A stretch of 64,000 nucleotides of DNA from Candidatus Omnitrophota bacterium (GCA_041650835.1 JBAZKL010000002.1:410435-474434); one strand, 5' to 3'; counted from the stretch's first letter, positions 38,219-47,460 are shown. The notes: a model not told the origin generated them from the letters alone. Numbers and translations are program-made.

Positions 38219-40258
38219 TTAGATTGCTTCGTCGCACTTCGCGCTCCTCGCAATGACACTTGCACCAATAACCTCTTTTACCACTATATCCTCATTATTC
38301 TGGTGCCCTGGGGTACTGGGAAACTGACGACTATTTTCAACTATAAATTGTTTATGCAATAAGAGTGCTGTAATAATACCGACAATAGCCATGTTGTCTT
38401 TGGCGCTCAATAATGATGTATCTGTTGTTTTACATTTTTTTACCAGATTAGTAACCATTAAAGGGTCAAAATAATTAGTTTTCTTTAAGTTGTTCTCTGA
38501 TAACAGCTCATCAACATATGCATGCTCTTTACCGTGAAAGAAACTCGCGCTATCAGGAGACCTGTACCCTTGTTTTTTTCGGTTACATATCTCTTCCGGT
38601 AAATAGGGCTTGGCGATTTTCTTTAAAAGATACTTTTCGTTCATTACTTTCAGCTTCATTTGAGGAGGAAGCTTCACGCAAAACTCAATAACCCTATAAT
38701 CGAGAAAAGGAAACCTTCCCTCCACAGAATTAGCCATCATCATTCGATCCCCTTGAGAAGATAAAAGGTTACCTGAAAGTAACGTATTTGCCTCAATATA
38801 TTGTGCCTGAGAAAGACTATCCCAATTTGAAAATTGTTTAGAAAAAGACTCTTCAAAATTATCAGTACTTTTGCAATCATTTAGCTTATTCTTAACATCA
38901 CTTGAAAATAACGATTTAATTCTTGAAGTTATATCCCATCTCGGTAAATGCGAATAAGATTTTGAATCTGTTTTCAACAAATGATTGCGATAAAACCCTT
39001 CCAAGAAAGCAGAAGTTGACTTTGGCCAGTTTGGTATATAGCTGTAAAGTTTTCGCATTAACAAAAACCTTAATCTTGAATCAGGATGTTTTGCCCAAAA
39101 ACGCCGGATCTTCATCTCTCGAAAAAGGTCATAACCGCCTAATATCTCATCAGCCCCTTCTCCGGTAAGTACAACTTTGATATTATTCTGACGCACGAGC
39201 TTAGATAAAATAAATAAAGGAGCCGGCGCGGTTCTGATCAATGGTTTCTCCGCGTGCCAAACAACCTCAGGGATTATCCCACCAATATCAGAATATCCAC
39301 AGGTAACACCTTTATGTACTGTTCCGAGAAACTCAGCCATGTGACGCTGAAAAGCGCCTTCATCGTAATTAGAATCGCTAAAGCTCACGGAAAAAGTTTC
39401 CAATTTATTATTAAAATGTTTTTTAACTAACGCGGTAATAAGTGAAGAATCCAACCCTCCGCTTAAATACGCTGCCACAGGAACGTCAGCGCGCAAGCGA
39501 AGCTTTATAGAATCTTTCAATAATTCAAGCAATTCCGACATATATTCATTTTCGCTTCTTTCTTTGGTTTGTCCGGGAGTATAAAAATCAAGTTCCCAAT
39601 ACCTTTGGATATCAATAGTTTCTTTACGCGCGAGAAGATAATGCGCGGCAGGTAATTCTTTTATTCCTTCAAAAACGGACTGTTCGCCAACCGTCGCCCA
39701 GAAAGTAAATAACTGATCAAGGCCTTTCAAATCAATTAAGCGCTTTACGCGGGTATCGCTAAAAATAGCCTTAATTTCTGAAGCAAATATCAAAGAACCA
39801 TCAACTGAGGTATAAAAAAGAGGGCGAATCCCCATCCTATCCCTGGCTAAAAGCAGGCTCTTCTGCCTGATATCCCAGATCGCGAATGAAAATTGGCCGT
39901 TTAAATCGGCAAACATCCCAGTTCCTTTTTCTTCATAAAGGTGGATGAGGACTTCTGTATCAGAATTGGTATAAAACCGGTGACCTTTCTTTAATAGTTC
40001 TGCCCGGATCTCCAGATAATTAAAGATCTCACCGTTGAATACGATCCAAATGCTCTTGTCTTCATTATGCATTGGCTGTTGTCCACCGCTGAGATCGATG
40101 ATACTTAACCGGGCATGACCCAATCCGATGTCAGCATCTTTGTATATGCCGAACTCGTCTGGGCCGCGATAGCGCATAGTGGTTATCATGCGCTTGAGGA
40201 GTTCGCTGTCTATTGGATGTTGTTTGGTTAAGTTTAGGGTTCCGGCTATGCCGCACAT
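38219..40258 (-). CDS. asparagine synthase (glutamine-hydrolysing) family amidotransferase, second copy
   Basis: MCGIAGTL at the preferred start provides the Cys nucleophile. The PP-loop is SGGLDSS. The tabulated start at 40330 adds 24 codons that are translated from the heptamer repeat. Confidence 0.85.
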   Translation of the reverse strand: MCGIAGTLNLTKQHPIDSELLKRMITTMRYRGPDEFGIYKDADIGLGHARLSIIDLSGGQQPMHNEDKSIWIVFNGEIFNYLEIRAELLKKGHRFYTNSDTEVLIHLYEEKGTGMFADLNGQFSFAIWDIRQKSLLLARDRMGIRPLFYTSVDGSLIFASEIKAIFSDTRVKRLIDLKGLDQLFTFWATVGEQSVFEGIKELPAAHYLLARKETIDIQRYWELDFYTPGQTKERSENEYMSELLELLKDSIKLRLRADVPVAAYLSGGLDSSLITALVKKHFNNKLETFSVSFSDSNYDEGAFQRHMAEFLGTVHKGVTCGYSDIGGIIPEVVWHAEKPLIRTAPAPLFILSKLVRQNNIKVVLTGEGADEILGGYDLFREMKIRRFWAKHPDSRLRFLLMRKLYSYIPNWPKSTSAFLEGFYRNHLLKTDSKSYSHLPRWDITSRIKSLFSSDVKNKLNDCKSTDNFEESFSKQFSNWDSLSQAQYIEANTLLSGNLLSSQGDRMMMANSVEGRFPFLDYRVIEFCVKLPPQMKLKVMNEKYLLKKIAKPYLPEEICNRKKQGYRSPDSASFFHGKEHAYVDELLSENNLKKTNYFDPLMVTNLVKKCKTTDTSLLSAKDNMAIVGIITALLLHKQFIVENSRQFPSTPGHQNNEDIVVKEVIGASVIARSAKCDEAI
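38222..38262. repeat. GC-rich repeat (GATTGCTTCGTCGCACTTCGCGCTCCTCGCAATGACAC)
   Basis: It belongs to the same family as 2740..2777 and 47530..47570. It supplies the C-terminal 12 codons (VIARSAKCDEAI) and the stop codon of the upstream asparagine-synthase gene. Confidence 0.65.
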
Positions 40259-40280
40259 TGTTTCTTCCTTATAATAATAT

Positions 40281-40350
40281 TGGTCACAAGACACATGACA
40301 CAGGTCTATAGTCCACAGTCCATGGACCATAGACTATGGACTGTAGACTA
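40281..40350. repeat. composite repeat: TGGTCACAAGACACATGACACAGGTC followed by inverted heptamer units (TAGTCCACAGTCCATGGACCATAGACTATGGACTGTAGACTA)
   Basis: The head segment is nearly identical to 57544..57569. The heptamer part is palindromic around AGTCCATGGACT. It provides the last five codons and the stop of the acyl-CoA ligase gene. Confidence 0.75.
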
Positions 40351-41806
40351 ATTCGCTTCTTCTAATTTTACCGGTTGAAGTTTTAGGTAATGAGTTACGA
40401 AATTCTACAACTTTAGGTAATTTATATGCGGCAAGGTTTTGTTTGCAAAATAGTAACACATCTTTTTCATTCATATTTGCGCCATTCTTAACCACACACA
40501 ATTTAATTGCTTCTCCTAAGATCTCGTCAGGAACCCCTACTGCGGCACATTCTAATATCCCCCGCATACGGCAAACCACTTCCTCTATTTCCAAGGGGCT
40601 TATCCGATTAGCCCCGCTTTTGATCATTTCTTTCTTACGGCTCACATGATAAATAAAACCCTCTTCATCAATTTTCGCTAAATCTCCTGTCCAAAGGCCT
40701 TCTTTCTTTAAAACCTTTTCTGTTTCTTCAGGAGAATTCCAATATCCTAACATTATATTTGCTCCCCTGGCTGTAATTTCACCTATTTCTCCAGTTTTAA
40801 TCTTACTGCCAGTTTCATCTAAAAGATCCAGTTCTACCCCCGGAATGGCTTTGCCGATCGAACCAGACTTTTTAACTAACAATTCAGGTTCCAAATAGGT
40901 CAACCTTGCGCTGGCTTCGGTTTGTCCATACATTACGTAAAACTTAATTTGCGGGAATAAATCCTGAAATTCCTTGATCATAGAAGGAGCCATAGCCCCT
41001 CCAGCTTGAGTTACATAACGCAACGTGATCAATGGATACTTACGCAGCGCTGATTTATGGAGTAAAATCGTATAATGCGAAGGTACACCGGCAAATCCGG
41101 TTACCTGCTCCCTTTCCATAAGATCTAAAACCACATTAGGATAGATAAAACGGTTATCAATGACCAATGCCGCTCCTGACTTCATATGGGTAGTTAACAG
41201 TGAATTACCATAGGAATAATAAAAGGGAAGGATAACCATCATTCGATCAGATGCCGTTATCCGCAAATAATTAATAATGGAATCCGCGTTGGCATCAAGG
41301 TTGCGGTGAGCGAGCATGACCCCTTTAGGCTTTCCCGTTGTGCCGCTGGTATAGATGATCATGGCGAGGTCGCTGTCGCTTAGTCCATAGTCCATAGTCC
41401 ATAATCCACAGTCCATAGTAAAATCAAATGAATCGATTAAAATGACTGAATTCTTATCAATTAAACCTACTAAGGACTGATTATGAGAAGAATCGGTAAT
41501 GACAAATTTAGGGGTACAATCTACAAGAAGAACACCTAATTCTCTGGGGACCAATTGGGTATTTAGGGGTACAACTACTCCGCCAGCTTTCAAAATCCCA
41601 AAGAAAGAACAAACATACTCAGGGGAGTTTTCTAAGAGCAGCGCAACCCTATCGCCTTTTATAAGCCCATTCTCCGCTAAATAACCAGAGACAGCATCAG
41701 AACGCAGAGCGAGTTCCTCATAGGTAAGGCGCTCTTTCTGATAAATAATAGCTATATTTTCAGGATATAGCTGAGCGTTCTTTTGTATATATTCATAGAG
41801 AAGCAT
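40334..41806 (-). CDS. acyl-CoA/acyl-ACP ligase (AMP-binding adenylate-forming enzyme)
   Basis: The AMP-binding motif IIYTSGTTGKPKGV is present, followed by YGQTE and GDLA...DEEGF motifs. The protein is 490 aa. It contains an in-frame insertion translated from a (GTCCATA)n heptamer array (FDFTMDCGLWTMDYGL). Confidence 0.85.
   Translation of the reverse strand: MLLYEYIQKNAQLYPENIAIIYQKERLTYEELALRSDAVSGYLAENGLIKGDRVALLLENSPEYVCSFFGILKAGGVVVPLNTQLVPRELGVLLVDCTPKFVITDSSHNQSLVGLIDKNSVILIDSFDFTMDCGLWTMDYGLSDSDLAMIIYTSGTTGKPKGVMLAHRNLDANADSIINYLRITASDRMMVILPFYYSYGNSLLTTHMKSGAALVIDNRFIYPNVVLDLMEREQVTGFAGVPSHYTILLHKSALRKYPLITLRYVTQAGGAMAPSMIKEFQDLFPQIKFYVMYGQTEASARLTYLEPELLVKKSGSIGKAIPGVELDLLDETGSKIKTGEIGEITARGANIMLGYWNSPEETEKVLKKEGLWTGDLAKIDEEGFIYHVSRKKEMIKSGANRISPLEIEEVVCRMRGILECAAVGVPDEILGEAIKLCVVKNGANMNEKDVLLFCKQNLAAYKLPKVVEFRNSLPKTSTGKIRRSELVYSP
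41381..41419. repeat. intragenic heptanucleotide array (TAGTCCA/ATGGACT x ~5) inside the acyl-CoA ligase ORF
   Basis: The plus strand reads tagtccatagtccatagtccataatccacagtccatagt. It is in frame at present. Confidence 0.8.
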
Positions 41807-41819
41807 ACGCCACCCGCCC

Positions 41820-42092
41820 TTACTTACCCTGTTTTCTCGCTATAAAAGAAGTCAGATTATTCAAAGAATCTAAATTATCAGGCAATAATTCATCGTCTTC
41901 AATCCTGAAACCGAAGGTTTTCTCGACAAAACTGACAACCTCAAGTATACCGGTAGAATCAATTATGCCTTTGGCCATGAATGAATCATCATCATTGAGG
42001 GTTGAGTCATTCCCTAACAAAAAATTTTCTTTAATAAAGTTCTTCATATCCTTTTTAATCTGTCCCTCAGGTAATGCTTCCATTGGTTCCAT
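41820..42092 (-). CDS. acyl carrier protein
   Basis: The protein is about 90 aa and acidic. A candidate phosphopantetheine-attachment Ser lies in GIIDSTGILEVV. The ATG at 42092 is preceded by GGGAGGA. The tabulated start at 42107 is a TTG. Confidence 0.7.
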   Translation of the reverse strand: MEPMEALPEGQIKKDMKNFIKENFLLGNDSTLNDDDSFMAKGIIDSTGILEVVSFVEKTFGFRIEDDELLPDNLDSLNNLTSFIARKQGK

Positions 42093-42130
42093 TGCTAATC
42101 CTCCCAAAAATGACTATAATTGATTTTAAA

Positions 42131-42886
42131 TTATTTTTTTTGCGTGCCGGACATTTGCCGGGATGCCTCTTTCAAAGCATCAAGATCCCCTAAATCAAAC
42201 CATGTACCGTTACAAATATTGCCATAGACCCTGTCATACTGAGTGAGCCACTTAATATATGAACCAGGGGTATCATGCTGATTTCCCTGCCCTATATATT
42301 TATTGATCAACTGTAATTTTTGTTGGGGGACATAGTAAATACAGGTAGCAATAAAACGTGATTTCGGGGCCTTTGGTTTCTCTTCGAAATCAGTTACCAT
42401 AGCATTCGAATCGATCTGCACGATCCCAAAACGCGTTAAGTCTGCTGCCGTATTATCGTCATGAAACAGGCAAATCGCGTGATACGGTGACTTTTGACGG
42501 GCAAACAGGATAAAATCATTCAAACTAAAATCAAACAAATTATCACCTGCTACGATAAGCAAGTCATCATCGATGGAGCATTCTTGAATTGAAAGGTTGA
42601 TATCCCCAACTGCCCCCAGCCTGTCCTCAACCGTATTACTGCCGTCATTGACTATCCGGTATTTCAACCGGTCTTGAGGTTTACGGGAAATCCATTCATT
42701 GAAATGGCCATAAAACTTATTATTTGAAACGATCACCACCTCATTAACAGCCTGCACAGCCTTGATCTTATCTATAATATAGTCAATGATAGGCTTACCC
42801 GCCACATCTAATAACGGTTTGGGCATATCCTTGGTTAACGGATATAGCCGTGTCGCGTACCCCGCGGCTAAAATAAGCGCCTTCAT
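42131..42886 (-). CDS. sugar-phosphate nucleotidyltransferase (NTP_transferase family)
   Basis: The N-terminal motif MKALILAAGYATRLYPLTKDMPKPLL is the G-x-G-T-R signature of sugar-1-phosphate nucleotidylyltransferases. Confidence 0.85.
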   Translation of the reverse strand: MKALILAAGYATRLYPLTKDMPKPLLDVAGKPIIDYIIDKIKAVQAVNEVVIVSNNKFYGHFNEWISRKPQDRLKYRIVNDGSNTVEDRLGAVGDINLSIQECSIDDDLLIVAGDNLFDFSLNDFILFARQKSPYHAICLFHDDNTAADLTRFGIVQIDSNAMVTDFEEKPKAPKSRFIATCIYYVPQQKLQLINKYIGQGNQHDTPGSYIKWLTQYDRVYGNICNGTWFDLGDLDALKEASRQMSGTQKK

Positions 42887-42889
42887 GAT

Positions 42890-44209
42890 TTAAAGCCTCC
42901 AATATAATAGACCAGTCTTTTCAAACATATCGGCGTTCATGCTCCCTTTGACATCCACAACTACACCTTTACTGCCATTTTTACTAAGATGGTTTTTCAA
43001 AGCATCAAGCGTCAAAACTGACTTAAAAGTATCATGGCTTACCGCGATCAAAACGGCATCCGCCTTCATGCTCTTCTTATACTGGCGCAACTCCACCCCG
43101 TATTCATGCTTTACGGCTTCTGAATCAGCTAACGGATCACAAATGATCACTTCAATACCATATTCTTTCAATTCATTAATAATATCAATGACCCTGGAAT
43201 TACGGATATCGCTTACATTTTCTTTAAAGGTGATCCCCATAACCATGACCCGCGCCCCTTTGACCGTCTTTTTAGCTTCAATGAGCAATTTTACCGTCTG
43301 CTCTGCGATATATTTACCCATATCATCATTGATCCGCCTTCCGGCAAGGATGACCTGAGGATGATATCCCAATTCTTCCGCCTTAAAGGTCAAATAATAA
43401 GGATCAACGCCAATGCAATGGCCTCCGACAAGCCCGGGAGACATTCTGATGAAATTCCATTTGGTCCCCGCGGCTTTAAGCACGGATTGCGTATCTATAC
43501 CCATCTTGTGAAAAATCACCGCCAGTTCATTCATAAGCGCAATATTTAGATCTCTCTGAGTATTTTCAATAACTTTAGCGGCTTCGGCGCACTTGATCGA
43601 TTCCGCTTTGAAAACACCGGCTTTGACGACTAAACCATAGACTCCTGCGACCTCTTCTAATGTTTCCTTATCAGAACCTGAAACTACTTTAATAACACTG
43701 GTTATCGTATGTTCCTTATCTCCCGGATTGATCCGTTCCGGGGAATAACCGACTTTAAAATCCTTTCCATACTTTAATTTTGAGAATTCTTCCAGTATAG
43801 GCACGCAAACATCTTCTGTAACTCCCGGATAAACGGTCGATTCAAAGACAACAATACTGCCTTTCCTTAAATTCCTCCCTACGATTTCTGAAGCGCTGGT
43901 CATACAGAATAAATCGGGCTGCTTATTTTTTGTTATCGGAGTAGGGACCGCGATAATGATAAACCGCGCTTCTTTAAGTTTCGCAGGATCACTGGTAACT
44001 TCCAAAAAACGGGAATCTTTAATTTCATCAGTTGAAGTCTCGCCGTTAACATCGATTTTATTCTTGAGTTCAGCGACCCTTTTCCTGTTTAAATCAAACC
44101 CGATAGTATGAACTATCTTTCCGAATTCGACCGCCAGCGGTAAACCCACATACCCTAAACCGACTACTGCGATCTTCCCTGTCTTGTTTTTTATCCCTTC
44201 GTATACCAT
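42890..44209 (-). CDS. nucleotide-sugar dehydrogenase (UDP-glucose/GDP-mannose dehydrogenase family; likely UDP-N-acetyl-hexosamine dehydrogenase)
   Basis: The N-terminal NAD motif is KIAVVGLGYVGLPLAVEF. A catalytic Cys lies in GGHCIG. The protein is 439 aa. It co-occurs with wecB. Confidence 0.85.
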   Translation of the reverse strand: MVYEGIKNKTGKIAVVGLGYVGLPLAVEFGKIVHTIGFDLNRKRVAELKNKIDVNGETSTDEIKDSRFLEVTSDPAKLKEARFIIIAVPTPITKNKQPDLFCMTSASEIVGRNLRKGSIVVFESTVYPGVTEDVCVPILEEFSKLKYGKDFKVGYSPERINPGDKEHTITSVIKVVSGSDKETLEEVAGVYGLVVKAGVFKAESIKCAEAAKVIENTQRDLNIALMNELAVIFHKMGIDTQSVLKAAGTKWNFIRMSPGLVGGHCIGVDPYYLTFKAEELGYHPQVILAGRRINDDMGKYIAEQTVKLLIEAKKTVKGARVMVMGITFKENVSDIRNSRVIDIINELKEYGIEVIICDPLADSEAVKHEYGVELRQYKKSMKADAVLIAVSHDTFKSVLTLDALKNHLSKNGSKGVVVDVKGSMNADMFEKTGLLYWRL

Positions 44210-44297
44210 TTATCTCTCCTATGTCAATTACTTTTTACGTATTACTAAATTACCTTTTAACCACTTTTTACTGGCATGTCTGGCTACCGTTAGAGCA

Positions 44298-45254
44298 TTA
44301 TTTATTAAACGCAACCTTAAACCAAGCTACCGTACGACGTAAACCTTCTTCAAAGTTTACCCTCGGCTCAAAATTAAGGACTTTCCTGATTTTTGAAATA
44401 TCAGCCAGGGTGCGAAAAACATCTCCCGCGCGAACCGGCAATAATTTCGGCTCGATATTCTTGCCGATTATCTTATTTATAAGCTCGACTAATTGTAATA
44501 CAGTGTTGTCTTTGCCGTTAGCGACATTTAGAACTTCATGTTTGATGCCCGGAGTCGTAGCCGCGAGGACATTTGCTTCCACAACGTTATCAATAAAGGT
44601 GAAATCCCTTGATTGTTTACCCGTGCCGAAAATCGGAGGTTGCTGGTCATTCAGGATACAATGAATGAATTTCGGGATAACGACGGCATATTCATCATCC
44701 AAAGCCTGCCGCGGCCCAAATACGTTAAAATACCGAAGACACACCGTTTCCACCCCAAAATGCTCGGAAAAGATCCTGCAATAATATTCATTAGCTAATT
44801 TGCTCAAAGCGTATGGTGAAATTAAAAGAGGATAATCTCCTTCTGACTCCGGGAATTTGCTTGTGTCTCCGTACACTGAACTTGATGAAGCCATGGCAAA
44901 ACGCTTAATTTTATTCTCGCGGGCGGCTTCCAACATATTCAACGTACCATCAATATTTACCTTATTATATTCGTGAGGAGCAGTCATCGATTTAGGCACA
45001 CTGCGTAAAGCCGCCTGGTGTAAAATAGCGTCAACTCCTTGAGTAGCTTTTAAACAAGTATCTTTATCGCAAATATCTCCTTTGATGAGCGTGTAGCGTG
45101 TAGGGTTCAACGAATAGTTCTTTGTAAAAGACAAATTTTCTTCTTTGCCACTTGAGAAATTGTCCAATACAACAACGTCATGCCTGTCTTTAAGCAAACG
45201 TTCAACAATATGTGAACCGATAAAACCTGCACCTCCAGTTACTAGAACTTTCAT
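44298..45254 (-). CDS. NAD-dependent nucleotide-sugar 4-epimerase (GalE/WbpP-like)
   Basis: The protein begins MKVLVTGGAGFIGSH and carries the YALSK catalytic motif. It is 318 aa. Confidence 0.85.
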   Translation of the reverse strand: MKVLVTGGAGFIGSHIVERLLKDRHDVVVLDNFSSGKEENLSFTKNYSLNPTRYTLIKGDICDKDTCLKATQGVDAILHQAALRSVPKSMTAPHEYNKVNIDGTLNMLEAARENKIKRFAMASSSSVYGDTSKFPESEGDYPLLISPYALSKLANEYYCRIFSEHFGVETVCLRYFNVFGPRQALDDEYAVVIPKFIHCILNDQQPPIFGTGKQSRDFTFIDNVVEANVLAATTPGIKHEVLNVANGKDNTVLQLVELINKIIGKNIEPKLLPVRAGDVFRTLADISKIRKVLNFEPRVNFEEGLRRTVAWFKVAFNK

Positions 45255-45269
45255 CTTAATTCACTCCTT

Positions 45270-45310
45270 GTTTAGTCCACAGTCCATAGTCGATGGTCCA
45301 TAGTCTATAA
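45270..45310. repeat. intergenic heptamer-type repeat (TAGTCCACAGTCCATAGTCGATGGTCCATAGTCTATA)
   Basis: It belongs to the same GTCCATA/GACCATA family as 40308..40350 and 41381..41419. Confidence 0.7.
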
Positions 45311-45317
45311 TTGATAG

Positions 45318-45911
45318 TTATTTCCTTACAATCAAGCGTGCGGGAACACCGACAACTACCCCGCCGTCAGGCACATGTTTATTCCTTGTTACCACCGCTC
45401 CTGCGCCCGTCATAGCTTTTCTTCCTACATTCACCGGAGCTACTAAGATCGAGCCACTCCCTATAAAAGCCCCTTTTTTAATACGAGTCTGGTGCTTATT
45501 TTTCCCGTCATAGTTGGCTACAATAGTGCCGGCGCCGATATTAACCCCTTCTTCCACAAAAGTATCTCCGATATAGGTCAAGTGCTTTACTTTAGACCCG
45601 CTTGAAATAATGGAGCGCACTATTTCAACAAAATTACCGATTGTAACATCATCCTTCAAAGTAACACCCTTACGAATACGCGCGAAAGGGCCGATGGCGC
45701 AACCTTTTCCGATCTTAACATCTGATTCTATGATCGTCGATGGATAAACCACGGTATCAGCGCCGATCTTCACATTTTCACCGATATGAGTGGTAAAGGG
45801 ATCGATGATTCTGACCCCTTTAGCGATAAATTTATAATTACGCGTGATGCGCTCTTTGTCTAACTGGATCATTTCTTCGATTATTTTACCGTTAGTGTTT
45901 TTCTTCTTCAT
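45318..45911 (-). CDS. left-handed beta-helix acetyltransferase resembling the C-terminal acetyltransferase domain of GlmU
   Basis: The segment ANYDGKNKHQTRIKKGAFIGSGSILVAPVNVG closely matches the GlmU LbH-domain consensus (NYDGxNKxxTxIGDxxFxGSxxxLVAPVxxG). The protein is 197 aa and stand-alone. Confidence 0.65.
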   Translation of the reverse strand: MKKKNTNGKIIEEMIQLDKERITRNYKFIAKGVRIIDPFTTHIGENVKIGADTVVYPSTIIESDVKIGKGCAIGPFARIRKGVTLKDDVTIGNFVEIVRSIISSGSKVKHLTYIGDTFVEEGVNIGAGTIVANYDGKNKHQTRIKKGAFIGSGSILVAPVNVGRKAMTGAGAVVTRNKHVPDGGVVVGVPARLIVRK

Positions 45912-45973
45912 TAAAACCTCGATTTAAGTTGGTATTCAAATAATGTTAATCTTTTCAAACTTATCAAATACAC

Positions 45974-46020
45974 CCCGCGCTTATCGGTTTTGCGCGGGTG
46001 TGCGGCATTCTGCCGCAGAC
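45974..46020 (-). terminator. tandem GC hairpins downstream of glmM (putative terminator)
   Basis: Two hairpins are present: CCCGCGC-ttatcggttttg-GCGCGGG and TGCGGCA-ttc-TGCCGCA. They lie 30 to 70 nt past the glmM stop. Confidence 0.4.
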
Positions 46021-46047
46021 AATATCAAAGTGACAGTCACTTTTCTT

Positions 46048-47415
46048 TTACACACCGAGTTCTTGTTTGATGACGGAGGCTAAAGAGTGAGCGATTGATT
46101 CTATTTCTGACTTGTCTTTACCTTCTACCATGACGCGTGCCAGCGCTTCAGTGCCTGAATATCGTAAAAGTATCCTGCCATTATTCTTGATCTGCGACAA
46201 ACTGTCTTTCAACGCCTTACAAACCGCGGGGACCTCTTCAAAGGGCTTTTTTTCCTTAACTTTGATGTTTACCAATATCTGCGGATACTTCTTCATGCAT
46301 GAAGAAAGACTGCTCAAGCTCTTTTTTGACTGCTGCATAACTTTTAAGAGCTCTAAAGAGACAATCAACGCGTCTCCTGATGTTGACTGCTGCAGGAAAA
46401 TAATATGGCCTGCTTGTTCTCCCCCGAAAATCAGGTTGTTCTTTAACATGGCCTCAGTAACATTTCTATCTCCTACGTCCGTGCGAATAAGCTTGCCACC
46501 AGCGTTTCCCAAGGCTTCTTCAAGGCCATAATTACTCATAACAGTAGCAACAACACTTTTCATAGGCAGCTTATTTTCATTGATGAGTTTTGTACCGACA
46601 ATAGCCATGATGAAATCACCGTCAAGCACATTGCCTTTTTCATCAGATAAAATAACCCTGTCCCCGTCACCATCATATGAAAAACCGATATCGGCATTAT
46701 GCTTAATTACCGCCTTGGCCATGCTTTCAGGATGGAGCGCCCCGCAGCCTAAATTTATATTCTTTCCGTTCGGCTGGTCGTTTAAAACAAACACTTTCGC
46801 TCCTAATTCTTTGAATAGTTTTGCCGCGATGCTATAGAGAGCGCCATGAGCGCAATCAAGGACAATTTTGAGTTCGCTTAAATCCAACAATGACGCTTTT
46901 GACTTTAAGAAATCAATATAAAGCCTCTCTGCGTTATGCTCATGAGCCACTAAGCCCGATTCATCAACCGATGATTTATCGGAATCGATGAAGCTGCCGC
47001 CTACTAATTCTTCCATATTTTTTTCTTGCGTATCAGAAAGCTTATACCCGGAGTTTGAAAAAAACTTAATGCCATTTTCTTCCGCGCAATTGTGAGAGGC
47101 GGAGATCATGATCCCCATATCGGCTTTTAGTCTTCTGGTCAAGAATGATAACCCGGGCGTAGATATGATCCCAACTAAAGATACATCAACGCCGCAGGCA
47201 GAAATACCTCCTACCAACAGCTTCTCGATTACTTCACAACTCATCCTGGTATCCTTGCCGATAATGATCTTATAATGCTTATCCCTTGTGCTTCTCTGAT
47301 TATGCAACAAGATAGCGGCTGCTTTGCCGATCTTAAGTATCATTTCATCGGTTAAAGGGTATTCGCCGGGTGTTCCTCGTATCCCATCAGTTCCGAAAAG
47401 TTTATTTTTGCTCAT
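46048..47415 (-). CDS. glmM: phosphoglucosamine mutase (phosphohexomutase superfamily)
   Basis: The N-terminus has LFGTDGIRG. An active-site Ser lies in SASHNCAEENGIKFF. The 455-aa length is typical of GlmM. Confidence 0.75.
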   Translation of the reverse strand: MSKNKLFGTDGIRGTPGEYPLTDEMILKIGKAAAILLHNQRSTRDKHYKIIIGKDTRMSCEVIEKLLVGGISACGVDVSLVGIISTPGLSFLTRRLKADMGIMISASHNCAEENGIKFFSNSGYKLSDTQEKNMEELVGGSFIDSDKSSVDESGLVAHEHNAERLYIDFLKSKASLLDLSELKIVLDCAHGALYSIAAKLFKELGAKVFVLNDQPNGKNINLGCGALHPESMAKAVIKHNADIGFSYDGDGDRVILSDEKGNVLDGDFIMAIVGTKLINENKLPMKSVVATVMSNYGLEEALGNAGGKLIRTDVGDRNVTEAMLKNNLIFGGEQAGHIIFLQQSTSGDALIVSLELLKVMQQSKKSLSSLSSCMKKYPQILVNIKVKEKKPFEEVPAVCKALKDSLSQIKNNGRILLRYSGTEALARVMVEGKDKSEIESIAHSLASVIKQELGV

Positions 47416-47460
47416 ATTTTAGACCTATTAAGTGATAAATAATTTAGTATTTATTACTTT

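Noticed and set aside
38206-38268. N-terminal extension of the amidotransferase (MVQVSLRGARSATKQSKKRSI)
   Set aside because: It is a translation of the dispersed GC-rich repeat. An internal ATG with an AGAGG RBS starts the conserved Cys-cluster.
40259-40330. N-terminal extension of the second AsnB (MVHGLWTIDLCHVSCDQYYYKEET)
   Set aside because: It is a translation of the heptamer repeat. The glutamine-amidotransferase nucleophile Cys must be residue 2 of the mature protein, and MCGIAG provides it at the ATG at 40258.
42939-43358. Plus-strand 139-aa ORF
   Set aside because: It is antisense within the nucleotide-sugar dehydrogenase gene, and its Ser/Leu/Thr-rich composition is typical of a shadow ORF.
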